Part shown: piece after piece, positions 1 to 8,063 of the stretch
How positions within the stretch are numbered: the stretch's first letter is position 1
How the letters are laid out: every line of letters begins with the position of its first letter
Made by a program: the position numbers and the translations under genes
Source: a bacterium
GTDB taxonomy: Bacteria; Zhuqueibacterota; Zhuqueibacteria; Oceanimicrobiales; Oceanimicrobiaceae
Direction of reading: 5' to 3'
Length of the DNA stretch: 24,051 nucleotides
NCBI GenBank assembly: GCA_046757525.1
Contig: JBHHYI010000053.1
Span: 1-24,051 of the forward strand
The notes under the pieces: generated by a model
The model's input: only the letters and a program-made list of their open reading frames with translations
What the model was told of the DNA's origin: nothing
Databases searched by the model: none

Positions 1-1
1 G

Positions 2-307
2 AAGGGCCCCAAATTCTCCGGACTCTTTTATGGTCACCGGATAGCCTTCCAGTTGGTCTGGAATTTGGTTTTGCAACTCCGCCGTCTTTTTTTGGACCAA
101 TACGGCAATGCAAGGTTGGCGGTCGCAGCGACCTTCAGCAATTCCCACCACGCCGGGTAAGGACAACAACTCGTCTTTATGTTTTTCGATTGCTTGTTTA
201 ACAGTCAATTCCGTTGCACCGACTTTACCGGTTGCCACATTTTCCTGTCTGCCTGAACAACTCATGGCCATGAGCGCAAGGCAGAAGTAGGACGCCATTT
301 TATTCAT
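2..307 (-). CDS. Small putative lipoprotein resembling the N-terminal prodomain of the adjacent serine protease (3' end runs off the window)
   Basis: Manual translation from ATG at 307: MNKMASYFCLALMAMSCSGRQENVATGKVGATELTVKQAIEKHKDELLSLPGVVGIAEGRCDRQPCIAVLVQKKTAELQNQIPDQLEGYPVTIKESGEFGAL..., open to the window edge. It has a lipobox-like AMSC. Not in the ORF track because no stop falls inside the window. Confidence 0.75.
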   Translation of the reverse strand, partial: MNKMASYFCLALMAMSCSGRQENVATGKVGATELTVKQAIEKHKDELLSLPGVVGIAEGRCDRQPCIAVLVQKKTAELQNQIPDQLEGYPVTIKESGEFGAL

Positions 308-321
308 GCTTACTCAAGAAT

Positions 322-350
322 AAAAGGGGAAGAGTCCTCCCTTCCCCTTT
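322..350 (-). terminator. Intrinsic terminator-like hairpin after the serine protease gene
   Basis: Minus strand reads AAAGGGGAAG-ggaggact-CTTCCCCTTT followed by TATT: a GC-rich stem with a short U-rich tail. Confidence 0.6.
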
Positions 351-381
351 GTGGATTTTTCGACAGTTTCTGTGCCAGGGA

Positions 382-1458
382 CTATTCACCGTCAATGGTC
401 ACACCGAACTGGTCCAGAACGGCGTCGATTGGGTTGGCAACTGCCAGCAAGCCGTCGCCAGTTCCGGCGTACAACAGCCCGACCGGGTAGCGGCCACTGT
501 TAACCAGCAAAGAACCCGAATCGCCGGCGCCGATGAAGCGAGTGTCAGACTCAACGATGATTTGATCCTTAAAGAAGGCAACGCCGAAAGGATCGCCATA
601 GTTGACGCCAACGATGGCATTGATGAAAGTGACTTCACCCTTGGTTAAGCCGGTGGTACGACCAAACTTCTTTACGCTTTGGCCTACAAGGGCCGGCTTG
701 GTCTGCGATTTAGGGGTTCCGTAGCCTCCCTCAGGCGTGGATTTGCCCAGATCATCCGTGGTGGTCAAGGCGGTGGCTGCATCGATGACGTTGAGCGATC
801 CGTCAAATTTGATCTCTTCAAAATCACCCAAAGTTCCGAGAATGTTGTCGCGATTCCTGTTGCAGACCGGCGTTTCGTCCACGCGACCGGGCTGAACGAT
901 CCAGCTATGTTTTGGGGCGATGTTTACCAGAGCGTACACATGATTGTTGCTCAGGGCGTAAACGTTGCCGCTGCTGTCTTTCACTCTGCAAGCAATGGTA
1001 CCCGAGGAACACTGATTGAAGTTACCCGTGGTCACCCCAATGGGCACAGGACGGTCAAATCGGTCCGTGGGCGCCGAACCAGCCAGCGCTTTGATGGGGC
1101 CTGTGACTTTAACCACCACCGGGACGCTCTCTATTTCCGTGGGAATTGCCTTGCCTTTGGTGAGCCTTTCAGATTGCGCAAAAACCACGATTGCCGGTTT
1201 ACCGTTCTCGGTTAAACCCGTGGCCGTGCCCACGACATCCGAGTTTTTCAGCAGGGCGGGCGTGTTCCTTTCCTGCAGCTCCATGACTGCCCGGATTTGA
1301 GGATCGTTCGGGTTGAGCTTCTTAAACTGTTGCGTGATTTCCGGGGCATTTGGATTTTCGAACTTTTGGCCGCAGCCAATCCAGACCGTCACGGATAGGA
1401 GCAGGACAACCACGAGACCAATCCAAATCCTGGAAGAACGAAAGGCGAACTTTGTCAT
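382..1458 (-). CDS. Secreted lipoprotein serine protease, PA clan (trypsin-like, Nal1-type) with N-terminal prodomain
   Basis: Signal peptide with lipobox WIGC. Catalytic motifs GTIAC, LSNNHV (His), IDAA (Asp), KFGRTTGLT and GAGDSGS (Ser). AAGGAGGAG RBS upstream. Confidence 0.85.
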   Translation of the reverse strand: MTKFAFRSSRIWIGLVVVLLLSVTVWIGCGQKFENPNAPEITQQFKKLNPNDPQIRAVMELQERNTPALLKNSDVVGTATGLTENGKPAIVVFAQSERLTKGKAIPTEIESVPVVVKVTGPIKALAGSAPTDRFDRPVPIGVTTGNFNQCSSGTIACRVKDSSGNVYALSNNHVYALVNIAPKHSWIVQPGRVDETPVCNRNRDNILGTLGDFEEIKFDGSLNVIDAATALTTTDDLGKSTPEGGYGTPKSQTKPALVGQSVKKFGRTTGLTKGEVTFINAIVGVNYGDPFGVAFFKDQIIVESDTRFIGAGDSGSLLVNSGRYPVGLLYAGTGDGLLAVANPIDAVLDQFGVTIDGE

Positions 1459-1914
1459 ATTCTCCTCCTTGTTGTGAGTGAATAGTATTTAGTGAATGGT
1501 ACTAAGAAAGATGTTGTTGAGCCCCTGATCACCCCCTTGGTTAACCGTTGAATGTGGTTTCTTGTCAGAATTGGGGCAGGTTATCCCTGCTAACCTTGTG
1601 TTTTGTTGTTGTTCTTGCGCTTGTATTGACCACACTGCGGAAATTTTGGTCGAAAGCCCCCTTTGAGTGCTAATCTGAATTTGATCTTGAGGTTACAATC
1701 TGCAACGAGTACGCGTAAATTGGAATGTGTTGGCGGTTTAAAGCGACTTCTGATGCCCCCGCATTAAGTTGGTGATTCCCGCTCGGTTCACGGCCACTCA
1801 GGTTTTGATACGATTCCTTGTGCAAAAATCAGAAAATAGGTTCGAGTCGAACTCATTAAGTTTGTGATTAGGATTTGTTCTTGTGAAAGGCGTGTCACAA
1901 TTATAACATTTTTT

Positions 1915-2076
1915 GTAACAGTTCACGCCGTAGATGGATCGTTCAGTATGTCTATGCTGAACGCACATTAAGTGGGGATATTTATCCCCATCGAGACTGC
2001 TGCGAGAACAGATGTTCCCTATTAATTTACGTTCAGGATAAATATCCTTAACGATCGCTATCGGGTGAACTGTTAC
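1915..2076. mobile_element. 162-bp MITE, copy 1
   Basis: TIRs GTAACAGTTCA...TGAACTGTTAC. 8-bp direct repeat CATTTTTT at 1907-1914 and 2077-2084. Near-identical reverse-complement copy at 10107-10268. Confidence 0.92.
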
Positions 2077-2184
2077 CATTTTTTTAAGATGCCAGCAAAA
2101 CAGGCGCAGTGCAGAATATTTGAGCGCCTTTAATTTGAAATGGTTCTGCTTCGTGGCAAGTTAGCGAAAAATGCCACAATGGTC

Positions 2185-2213
2185 TTGACATTTTGTGAAT
2201 TTGTTCTTATCTT
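2185..2213 (+). promoter_or_regulatory. Candidate sigma70 promoter for the metalloprotease gene
   Basis: TTGACA-17 nt-TATCTT. Confidence 0.45.
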
Positions 2214-2500
2214 AGGTTTGTTTCTTGTTATTGGAAACTGATCCTCTTTCGATTTTATTCCACTGTACATTGATCGCCGCGTGTGATTTAGGGTGTTGTC
2301 TCCGGTATCTTTGATTATTGAAGTCGCATTCTTTCTGGATTTGTCTCGTCTTGTCCTGTTGATGCCGCTAAGATTTGACAAACAGCAAGAAGACAATTCT
2401 TATAACCATGCTGTTTCAAGGGAGGTGATATTCAAACCATAGGTCCATTTCGCTCGATTAAACCAATGAGTCGTTCACCAACAAAGTCATGGAGCGTGTC

Positions 2501-3421
2501 ATGAAGAAAATACTCTGTCTGATCAGCTTATCGTTTTTTCTGTTTGTTTGGAGTTGCCAGAATCAACAGCCAAATGCTCCACAGCAGAAGATCGATTTAG
2601 AGTCACTCAAGGCAAAATTGGTTGAAATCAACACCCAATTGGCCAAGCCCAACAATCCCGTTAGCCAGCGTCTTGGTAAGACAGGCGGAGGCCAGATTCA
2701 GATAGCTGCCATCTATGGCCTTACCCCCTTTGATAATGAACGCTTTGAAGTGGTGCTCGTGCCGTCGCCTTTTCGCTGGGTGGCCGGCGACCCGCGCAGG
2801 GAACCGGACGGTACCAACATTACCTATTTAGTGGATCGCAGTGCGGGCGGTACGGATGACGGCCTTGGGAATGCACAAACCGAGCCAGTCATGGACCAAA
2901 GCATGGGGGCCATTCACAGAAAGCTGCAAAGACTTAGCGATAATCTGAGCGTGGTCAAAAGACGGGATCCCGGCGGTGATGTCACCATTTTTGATTCATT
3001 TTTTGGTCTTGGCGGCTTTGGAGACTTCTTGGCAGCGGATATCGTGGACGCCGGCTTCTTCCCCGGTTCATTCTTTGCGACGATCTTTGGTCCTGGTGGT
3101 TCTAACGTCCTGGCCTTCTCCATTACTTTCATTTGGGTCTCAGACGGCGTTCCCACCGATGTTGACGGTAACGGCTTCTTAGATACCGCTTTGAACGAAG
3201 TCTATTTCAACGACCAATTTACCTGGGCTATCGACGATGATTTTGATATCGCAACGGTGGCCACGCATGAATATATGCATTCCTTTGGGATGGGACATGT
3301 TGGCCCGCCGCCGGTGTCGCTCATGAACCCGTCTTATTTTCCACGGGGTATCTGGCAACGTTTAGATCCCGCGGTTCAAGCCAATCTTAGAGCGATTTAC
3401 AAAACCTGGCCAAATCCGTAG
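2501..3421 (+). CDS. Lipoprotein zinc metalloprotease, metzincin (matrixin-like)
   Basis: MKKIL...VWSC lipobox, HEYMHSFGMGH (HExxHxxGxxH) and a Met-turn SLMNP. The ATG at 2501 follows GGAG; the ORF track starts at 2489. Confidence 0.8.
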   Translation: MKKILCLISLSFFLFVWSCQNQQPNAPQQKIDLESLKAKLVEINTQLAKPNNPVSQRLGKTGGGQIQIAAIYGLTPFDNERFEVVLVPSPFRWVAGDPRREPDGTNITYLVDRSAGGTDDGLGNAQTEPVMDQSMGAIHRKLQRLSDNLSVVKRRDPGGDVTIFDSFFGLGGFGDFLAADIVDAGFFPGSFFATIFGPGGSNVLAFSITFIWVSDGVPTDVDGNGFLDTALNEVYFNDQFTWAIDDDFDIATVATHEYMHSFGMGHVGPPPVSLMNPSYFPRGIWQRLDPAVQANLRAIYKTWPNP

Positions 3422-3487
3422 CTTTAATGGCATTTGTATTGTAGCCTGGTTCGTTCTTTTTAGATTTCTGCAAGAGGAACAAGTTTC

Positions 3488-3535
3488 AAGGGAAGCTGGT
3501 AAGTCTCGGGGGAAGATTTACCGTTTCCCTTTTTT
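3488..3535 (+). terminator. Intrinsic terminator
   Basis: AAGGGAAGCTGGTAAGTCT...AGATTTACCGTTTCCCTT stem followed by a T run. Confidence 0.7.
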
Positions 3536-3567
3536 GTTGCGTCAAAATCCCTGCCCGGAACTTTTTC

Positions 3568-3596
3568 TTGAAACTTAGCTTTAATAGTCTTATATT
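3568..3596 (+). promoter_or_regulatory. Candidate sigma70 promoter for iscS
   Basis: TTGAAA-17 nt-TATATT, about 47 nt upstream of the ATG. Confidence 0.5.
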
Positions 3597-3642
3597 CCCC
3601 TATAAATTTTCGGAGTTATGGTTTATTGTTTTACAATGAGTT

Positions 3643-4812
3643 ATGTCCATCGTCTCGAATAAGAACTTGATCTATCTGGACCACTGCGCCACAACGCCCG
3701 TGGACCCTGAGGTGGTTGTGGCCATGCTACCTTTTTTTACCGACAGATTTGGCAATGCGTCCAGCATCCACGCGTTTGGCCAGGAAGCCAAGGTAGCGCT
3801 GGAAGACGCGCGGCGACAGGTCGCGGGCTTGATCGGTGCCGAACCGGCGGAGATTGCGTTCACCTCCGGCGGCACCGAGGCTGACAATTGGGCAGTAAAA
3901 GGCACGGCCTATTTTTACGAAGGTCGCAAGAGGCATATCGTCACCAGCGCCGTGGAACATCATGCGGTGCTTTACACGTGTAAGTACCTTGAAAAACGAG
4001 GCTTTGAGGTGACTTATGTGCCGGTGGACCCGTACGGCATGGTTGCCCCAGACAAAGTTGAGGAGGCGTTGCGGGAAGAGACTTTCCTGGTTAGCGTCAT
4101 GCATGCTAATAACGAGCTTGGAACCATCAATCCCATTGGCGAAATCGGCGCCCGGGTCAGGGAACGGGGCATCTTATTTCACACGGATGCGGTGCAGACT
4201 TTTGGCAAGATTCCTATCGACGTGGCGGGACTCAACGTGGATCTGCTTTCCCTTTCTGGCCATAAAATCTACGGGCCGAAAGGGATCGGCGCTTTGTACA
4301 TTCGCAAAGGGCTGAAAATTGAGAAGTTCTTGCACGGCGGCAAACACGAACGGGACCGTCGCGCAGGCACGGAAAATGTGCCCGCGGCTGTCGGTTTAGG
4401 TAAAGCGGCTGCGATTTGCCAGCAACGCCTGGAAACAGACCTGGGCAGGCTGCGCGATCTGAGCGAAGCGCTTTACACCAGGATAGCACAGGCCGTTCCT
4501 GGCGTTCATCTCAACGGCCACCCGACCCGCAGAGTCCCTGGCATCGTCAATCTCTCGTTCGACGGCGTGCAGAGCGAATCGCTGCTCATGAGTCTGGACT
4601 TGGAGGGCATTGCCGTCTCCAACGGTTCGGCCTGCACCTCGGGTAGTGTGGAACCTTCGCACGTTCTGAAGGCCCTCAAGTTGTCCAAAAATCTGGCCGA
4701 TTCGGCCATTCGCTTGAGTCTGGGCCGGGGCAATACGGAAGAGGAGGTAGACGTTACGGTTGCGGCCTTAAAGACCATTGTTGAACGGTTGCGAGGGTTC
4801 AACAGCAGGTAA
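3643..4812 (+). CDS. iscS: Cysteine desulfurase (IscS/NifS, class I)
   Basis: IYLDHCATTP, FTSGGTEADN, HTDAVQ, SGHKIYGPKG (PLP Lys), RAGTEN and SNGSACTS (catalytic Cys). Confidence 0.95.
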   Translation: MSIVSNKNLIYLDHCATTPVDPEVVVAMLPFFTDRFGNASSIHAFGQEAKVALEDARRQVAGLIGAEPAEIAFTSGGTEADNWAVKGTAYFYEGRKRHIVTSAVEHHAVLYTCKYLEKRGFEVTYVPVDPYGMVAPDKVEEALREETFLVSVMHANNELGTINPIGEIGARVRERGILFHTDAVQTFGKIPIDVAGLNVDLLSLSGHKIYGPKGIGALYIRKGLKIEKFLHGGKHERDRRAGTENVPAAVGLGKAAAICQQRLETDLGRLRDLSEALYTRIAQAVPGVHLNGHPTRRVPGIVNLSFDGVQSESLLMSLDLEGIAVSNGSACTSGSVEPSHVLKALKLSKNLADSAIRLSLGRGNTEEEVDVTVAALKTIVERLRGFNSR

Positions 4813-4830
4813 CTACATTGAAAAAGTTCG

Positions 4831-5079
4831 ATGACAGAATATGAGTTCTCCGAGCACGCTCACAAAATGTTAAAAGAACGGAAGATTCGTCAAGACTGGG
4901 TGACCTCAACTATGGAGACCCCGGATCGTATAGAATTGAAGGATGATGGAACCGTTCATCATATTAGAGCCATTGAGGCCTATGGTGGTCGATCTTTACG
5001 GGTTGTGGTGAATCCAAAAGTCACGCCCCAAAGAATCGTAACCTTGTTTTTTGATCGAAGATTACGGAGTCAGTCATGA
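4831..5079 (+). CDS. DUF4258-like putative toxin (RelE/BrnT-like RNase fold)
   Basis: FSEHAHKMLKERKI...PD...LRVVVN...IVTLFFDRR pattern. Overlaps the next gene by ATGA. Confidence 0.7.
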   Translation: MTEYEFSEHAHKMLKERKIRQDWVTSTMETPDRIELKDDGTVHHIRAIEAYGGRSLRVVVNPKVTPQRIVTLFFDRRLRSQS

Positions 5080-5276
5080 GACTTAGAGTGGATCACAAGA
5101 ACGACGTCTTATATTTTCGTTTAGATGAATCCGCCATTGTCGAGTCTGAGGAAATTAAACCAGGCGTCATTCTCGACTACGACGCAAATGACAATGTGGT
5201 GGGCATTGAAATTTTGGGGTTGAGCAAACGAGTGTCCGCTGCAATGTTAAAGAGTTTGCAGTTCGAAACCACCTGA
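5076..5276 (+). CDS. DUF2283-like putative antitoxin
   Basis: DVLYFRL...ESEEIKPGVILDYDANDNVVGIEIL is the typical DUF2283 pattern. Confidence 0.8.
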   Translation: MRLRVDHKNDVLYFRLDESAIVESEEIKPGVILDYDANDNVVGIEILGLSKRVSAAMLKSLQFETT

Positions 5277-5393
5277 ATTTAATGCTTTCTGGCCTTAGCA
5301 CCTTAGTGCATTCTGGCTTGTGAAGGCGTTAACTCAGGCTGTTGCTTTTTCACGTCAACCTGTAAGGATTACGCAACAAACTAAGAAAACGAA

Positions 5394-6512
5394 ATGCATC
5401 ACATAAATCACAATCGAGAGACCGTCGTAGTGGCCATGAGCGGGGGTGTGGACAGCTCGGTAGCGGCGGCATTATTGCACGAACGGGGTTACAAGGTCAT
5501 CGGGGTGACCATGAATCTCTGGGATTACGACCGCGTTGGCGGCAACGTCAATCGCGACAGCGGCTGCTGTTCCATCGACACCATGGACGATGCCCGTTCT
5601 GTGTGCCACACGCTGGGCATTCCCCACTACGTGGTGAACTTGCGCGATCAGTTCGAGGCAGCGGTCACCGACAACTTCATCGCTGAGTACTTGGAAGGAC
5701 GCACGCCCAATCCGTGTGTGCGCTGCAACACTTTCATCAAGTGGGGCGTGCTTTTGCAGAAAGCAGAAGCATTGGGCGCCGACAAGATTGCCACGGGTCA
5801 CTACGCGCGCATGAGCTTCGACGCTGAGCGCGGTCGCTACTATTTGAGCCGGGGCAAAGACGTCAAGAAAGATCAATCCTATGCCCTGTGGGGCATCAAG
5901 CAGCAGGGCCTGGCGCGCACACTTTTTCCCGTAGGTGAGTTTGAAAAGAGCGAGATTCGTCAGCTTGCCCGCAATTTGGGACTGCGGACCGCGGAAAAAA
6001 TGGAAAGCCAGGAAATCTGTTTTATCCCGGACAACGACTACAGCCGTTATTTGCAGAAAAAGGTGCCAGAATTGAGAACGCAACTTCAACCGGGCGAAGT
6101 GGTGGATCAGGCAGGAAATCGTCTGGGCAGCCATCGTGGCTACCCGTTTTACACCATTGGCCAGCGCAAGGGGCTGGGCATTTCGGCCAACAAGCCGATT
6201 TACGTGACTGCGATCGACGCCGGCAACAATCGCATCGTCGTAGGGGAGAACGACGACCTGCTGCACGTGGGATTGATTGCACAGCACCTCAATTGGGTGG
6301 CCATTGAGCGGTTGGTGAAGGAGATCGAAGTAGAGGCCAAGATTCGCTACAACGATCCCGGCGCGCTGGCACGATTGCAACCCGGCCCGGATGACACCGT
6401 GACCGTGCGCTTTCTGGAACCCCAACGCGCCGTCACGCCCGGACAATCCGTCGTATTCTACCAGGAAGACGTGGTTGTCGGCGGCGGGATTATTCGAGCT
6501 TCCATTAAATGA
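5394..6512 (+). CDS. mnmA: tRNA-specific 2-thiouridylase MnmA
   Basis: [11 protein letters not shown]-loop, [42 protein letters not shown] and AVTPGQ. Confidence 0.97.
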   Translation: MHHINHNRETVVVAMSGGVDSSVAAALLHERGYKVIGVTMNLWDYDRVGGNVNRDSGCCSIDTMDDARSVCHTLGIPHYVVNLRDQFEAAVTDNFIAEYLEGRTPNPCVRCNTFIKWGVLLQKAEALGADKIATGHYARMSFDAERGRYYLSRGKDVKKDQSYALWGIKQQGLARTLFPVGEFEKSEIRQLARNLGLRTAEKMESQEICFIPDNDYSRYLQKKVPELRTQLQPGEVVDQAGNRLGSHRGYPFYTIGQRKGLGISANKPIYVTAIDAGNNRIVVGENDDLLHVGLIAQHLNWVAIERLVKEIEVEAKIRYNDPGALARLQPGPDDTVTVRFLEPQRAVTPGQSVVFYQEDVVVGGGIIRASIK

Positions 6513-6515
6513 CCC

Positions 6516-7319
6516 ATGAAACGACTTCTGACCATTGCGGGTTCTGACTCCGGCGGCGGGGCTGGCATCCAGGCAGATCTCAAGACCTTCCAGGCCTTTG
6601 GCTGCTATGGCATGTCGGTGTTGACGGCGGTCACGGCCCAGAACACCCTGGGGGTTCGCGGCGTGCACGACTTGCCAGCAGACTTTGTGGCTCTGCAACT
6701 GGAAACGGTGGTAACCGACATCGGCGTAGATGCTGCCAAAACCGGCATGTTGGCTAATGCCGAAATCGTCGGTGCCGTTGCCGAGCGAATTCGCAATTTG
6801 CCGGTGCCTCATTTGGTCGTCGACCCGGTGATGCGCTCTAAGAGCGGCGCCCCTTTGCTCAGAGAGGGCGTGCAACAGGCGCTGCTCGAGGAAATGGTCC
6901 CCCTCGCCGAAGTCATTACTCCCAATCTCCGGGAGACAGAAGTCCTGACCGGCATGACTGTGCAATCCAGGGATGACATGATGCGGGCGGCGGAGAAACT
7001 TCACCGCAAAGGGGCTAAGAATGTCCTGATCAAAGGGGGACACCGGCCACTTGATGCCCTGGACATCCTGTTCGATGGGCAGGAGTTTGTGGAGTTTTTT
7101 TCAGAGAGAATTCCAGCAGCCAATACGCACGGCACCGGCTGTACCTACGCCGCGGCTATTGCGGCTAATCTGGCTCTGGGTAAAACGGTTAAGGAGGCTG
7201 TTGCCATTGCGAAGAAGTTTGTCTCAGAAGCCATTCGGGCCTGCTTGAGCCTGGGCAAAGGCATCGGGCCATTAAACCACCTGGTGTGGTGCAGGCGCCC
7301 GACTCCTTCGCAGGGATGA
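6516..7319 (+). CDS. thiD: Hydroxymethylpyrimidine/phosphomethylpyrimidine kinase
   Basis: [43 protein letters not shown] and THGTGCT. Confidence 0.95.
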   Translation: MKRLLTIAGSDSGGGAGIQADLKTFQAFGCYGMSVLTAVTAQNTLGVRGVHDLPADFVALQLETVVTDIGVDAAKTGMLANAEIVGAVAERIRNLPVPHLVVDPVMRSKSGAPLLREGVQQALLEEMVPLAEVITPNLRETEVLTGMTVQSRDDMMRAAEKLHRKGAKNVLIKGGHRPLDALDILFDGQEFVEFFSERIPAANTHGTGCTYAAAIAANLALGKTVKEAVAIAKKFVSEAIRACLSLGKGIGPLNHLVWCRRPTPSQG

Positions 7320-7508
7320 CAAATCGAGGCATTCTTCGACTTGCAGGACAACCCCATGGAATCTAAGGGAGGTCAATTACGAATAGCAACGTCAAGCTGA
7401 GATCTATTTCCTGCAATGCGTTTTTCGCTCGCCTTTGGTTGGTTCTACCAGACCTAACATTGCCTGCCAAGTTCACCGGCTTTTTCAAATCGAGAATCTT
7501 GCTTAAAG

Positions 7509-8063
7509 ATGCATTCTAAGATTCAAGAAATTGCAACCGTGGGCATTTTTTCCGCCATGGCCTATGCCGGGGGGATTTTGTTTCTTTTTGTTCCCAACGT
7601 GGAGATCGTCACCGCGATCATATTTCTGTCCGGCTTTTTGTTGGGCAGCAAGAACGGCATTTTGGTTGGGGTTATTGCCCAGACGCTGTTCTCCACCTTT
7701 AACCCGTTCGGCATGTCACCGCCGCCGCTGTTTGTGGCGCAGATCCTCAACCGTGCCCTGGTGGGCTATGTGGGGGGGCAATTTGCCAAAGTGTCTCTGG
7801 CAGAAAAAAAAGCTTGGCTGAGTGCCTTTTATCTGGGCGTCACAGGGTTGTTGCTCACCTGGCTTTTCGACATCATGACCGATTTTAGCTCGTTCTTTCA
7901 ATCAGGCTTTTCGCTGCAGCAAATGAAGGTGACCTTTGTTCTGGGGCTCGGCTGGTATCTGGTGCACGGGGTTGTCAACACCCTCATCTTTGCCATTGTT
8001 TTGCCTTTTGTTATCGAGGGATTCAAGAAAACCAATTTCGTCAAGCAGACAGATTTGAGTTGA
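7509..8063 (+). CDS. ECF transporter S component (CbrT/CblT-like, substrate uncertain)
   Basis: 184-aa very hydrophobic protein with about 6 TM segments and a PNVE motif after TM1. Confidence 0.65.
   Translation: MHSKIQEIATVGIFSAMAYAGGILFLFVPNVEIVTAIIFLSGFLLGSKNGILVGVIAQTLFSTFNPFGMSPPPLFVAQILNRALVGYVGGQFAKVSLAEKKAWLSAFYLGVTGLLLTWLFDIMTDFSSFFQSGFSLQQMKVTFVLGLGWYLVHGVVNTLIFAIVLPFVIEGFKKTNFVKQTDLS

Noticed and set aside
1798..2079. 93-aa minus-strand ORF
   Set aside because: Starts in the MITE end and target site and reads through non-coding MITE sequence; not transposase-like.
2130..2396. 88-aa minus-strand ORF in the divergent intergenic region
   Set aside because: Low-complexity AT-rich promoter region with no RBS or motif support.
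5472..7043. 523-aa antisense ORF spanning mnmA and thiD
   Set aside because: Shadow of two well-conserved GC-rich genes on the opposite strand, with no recognisable motifs.
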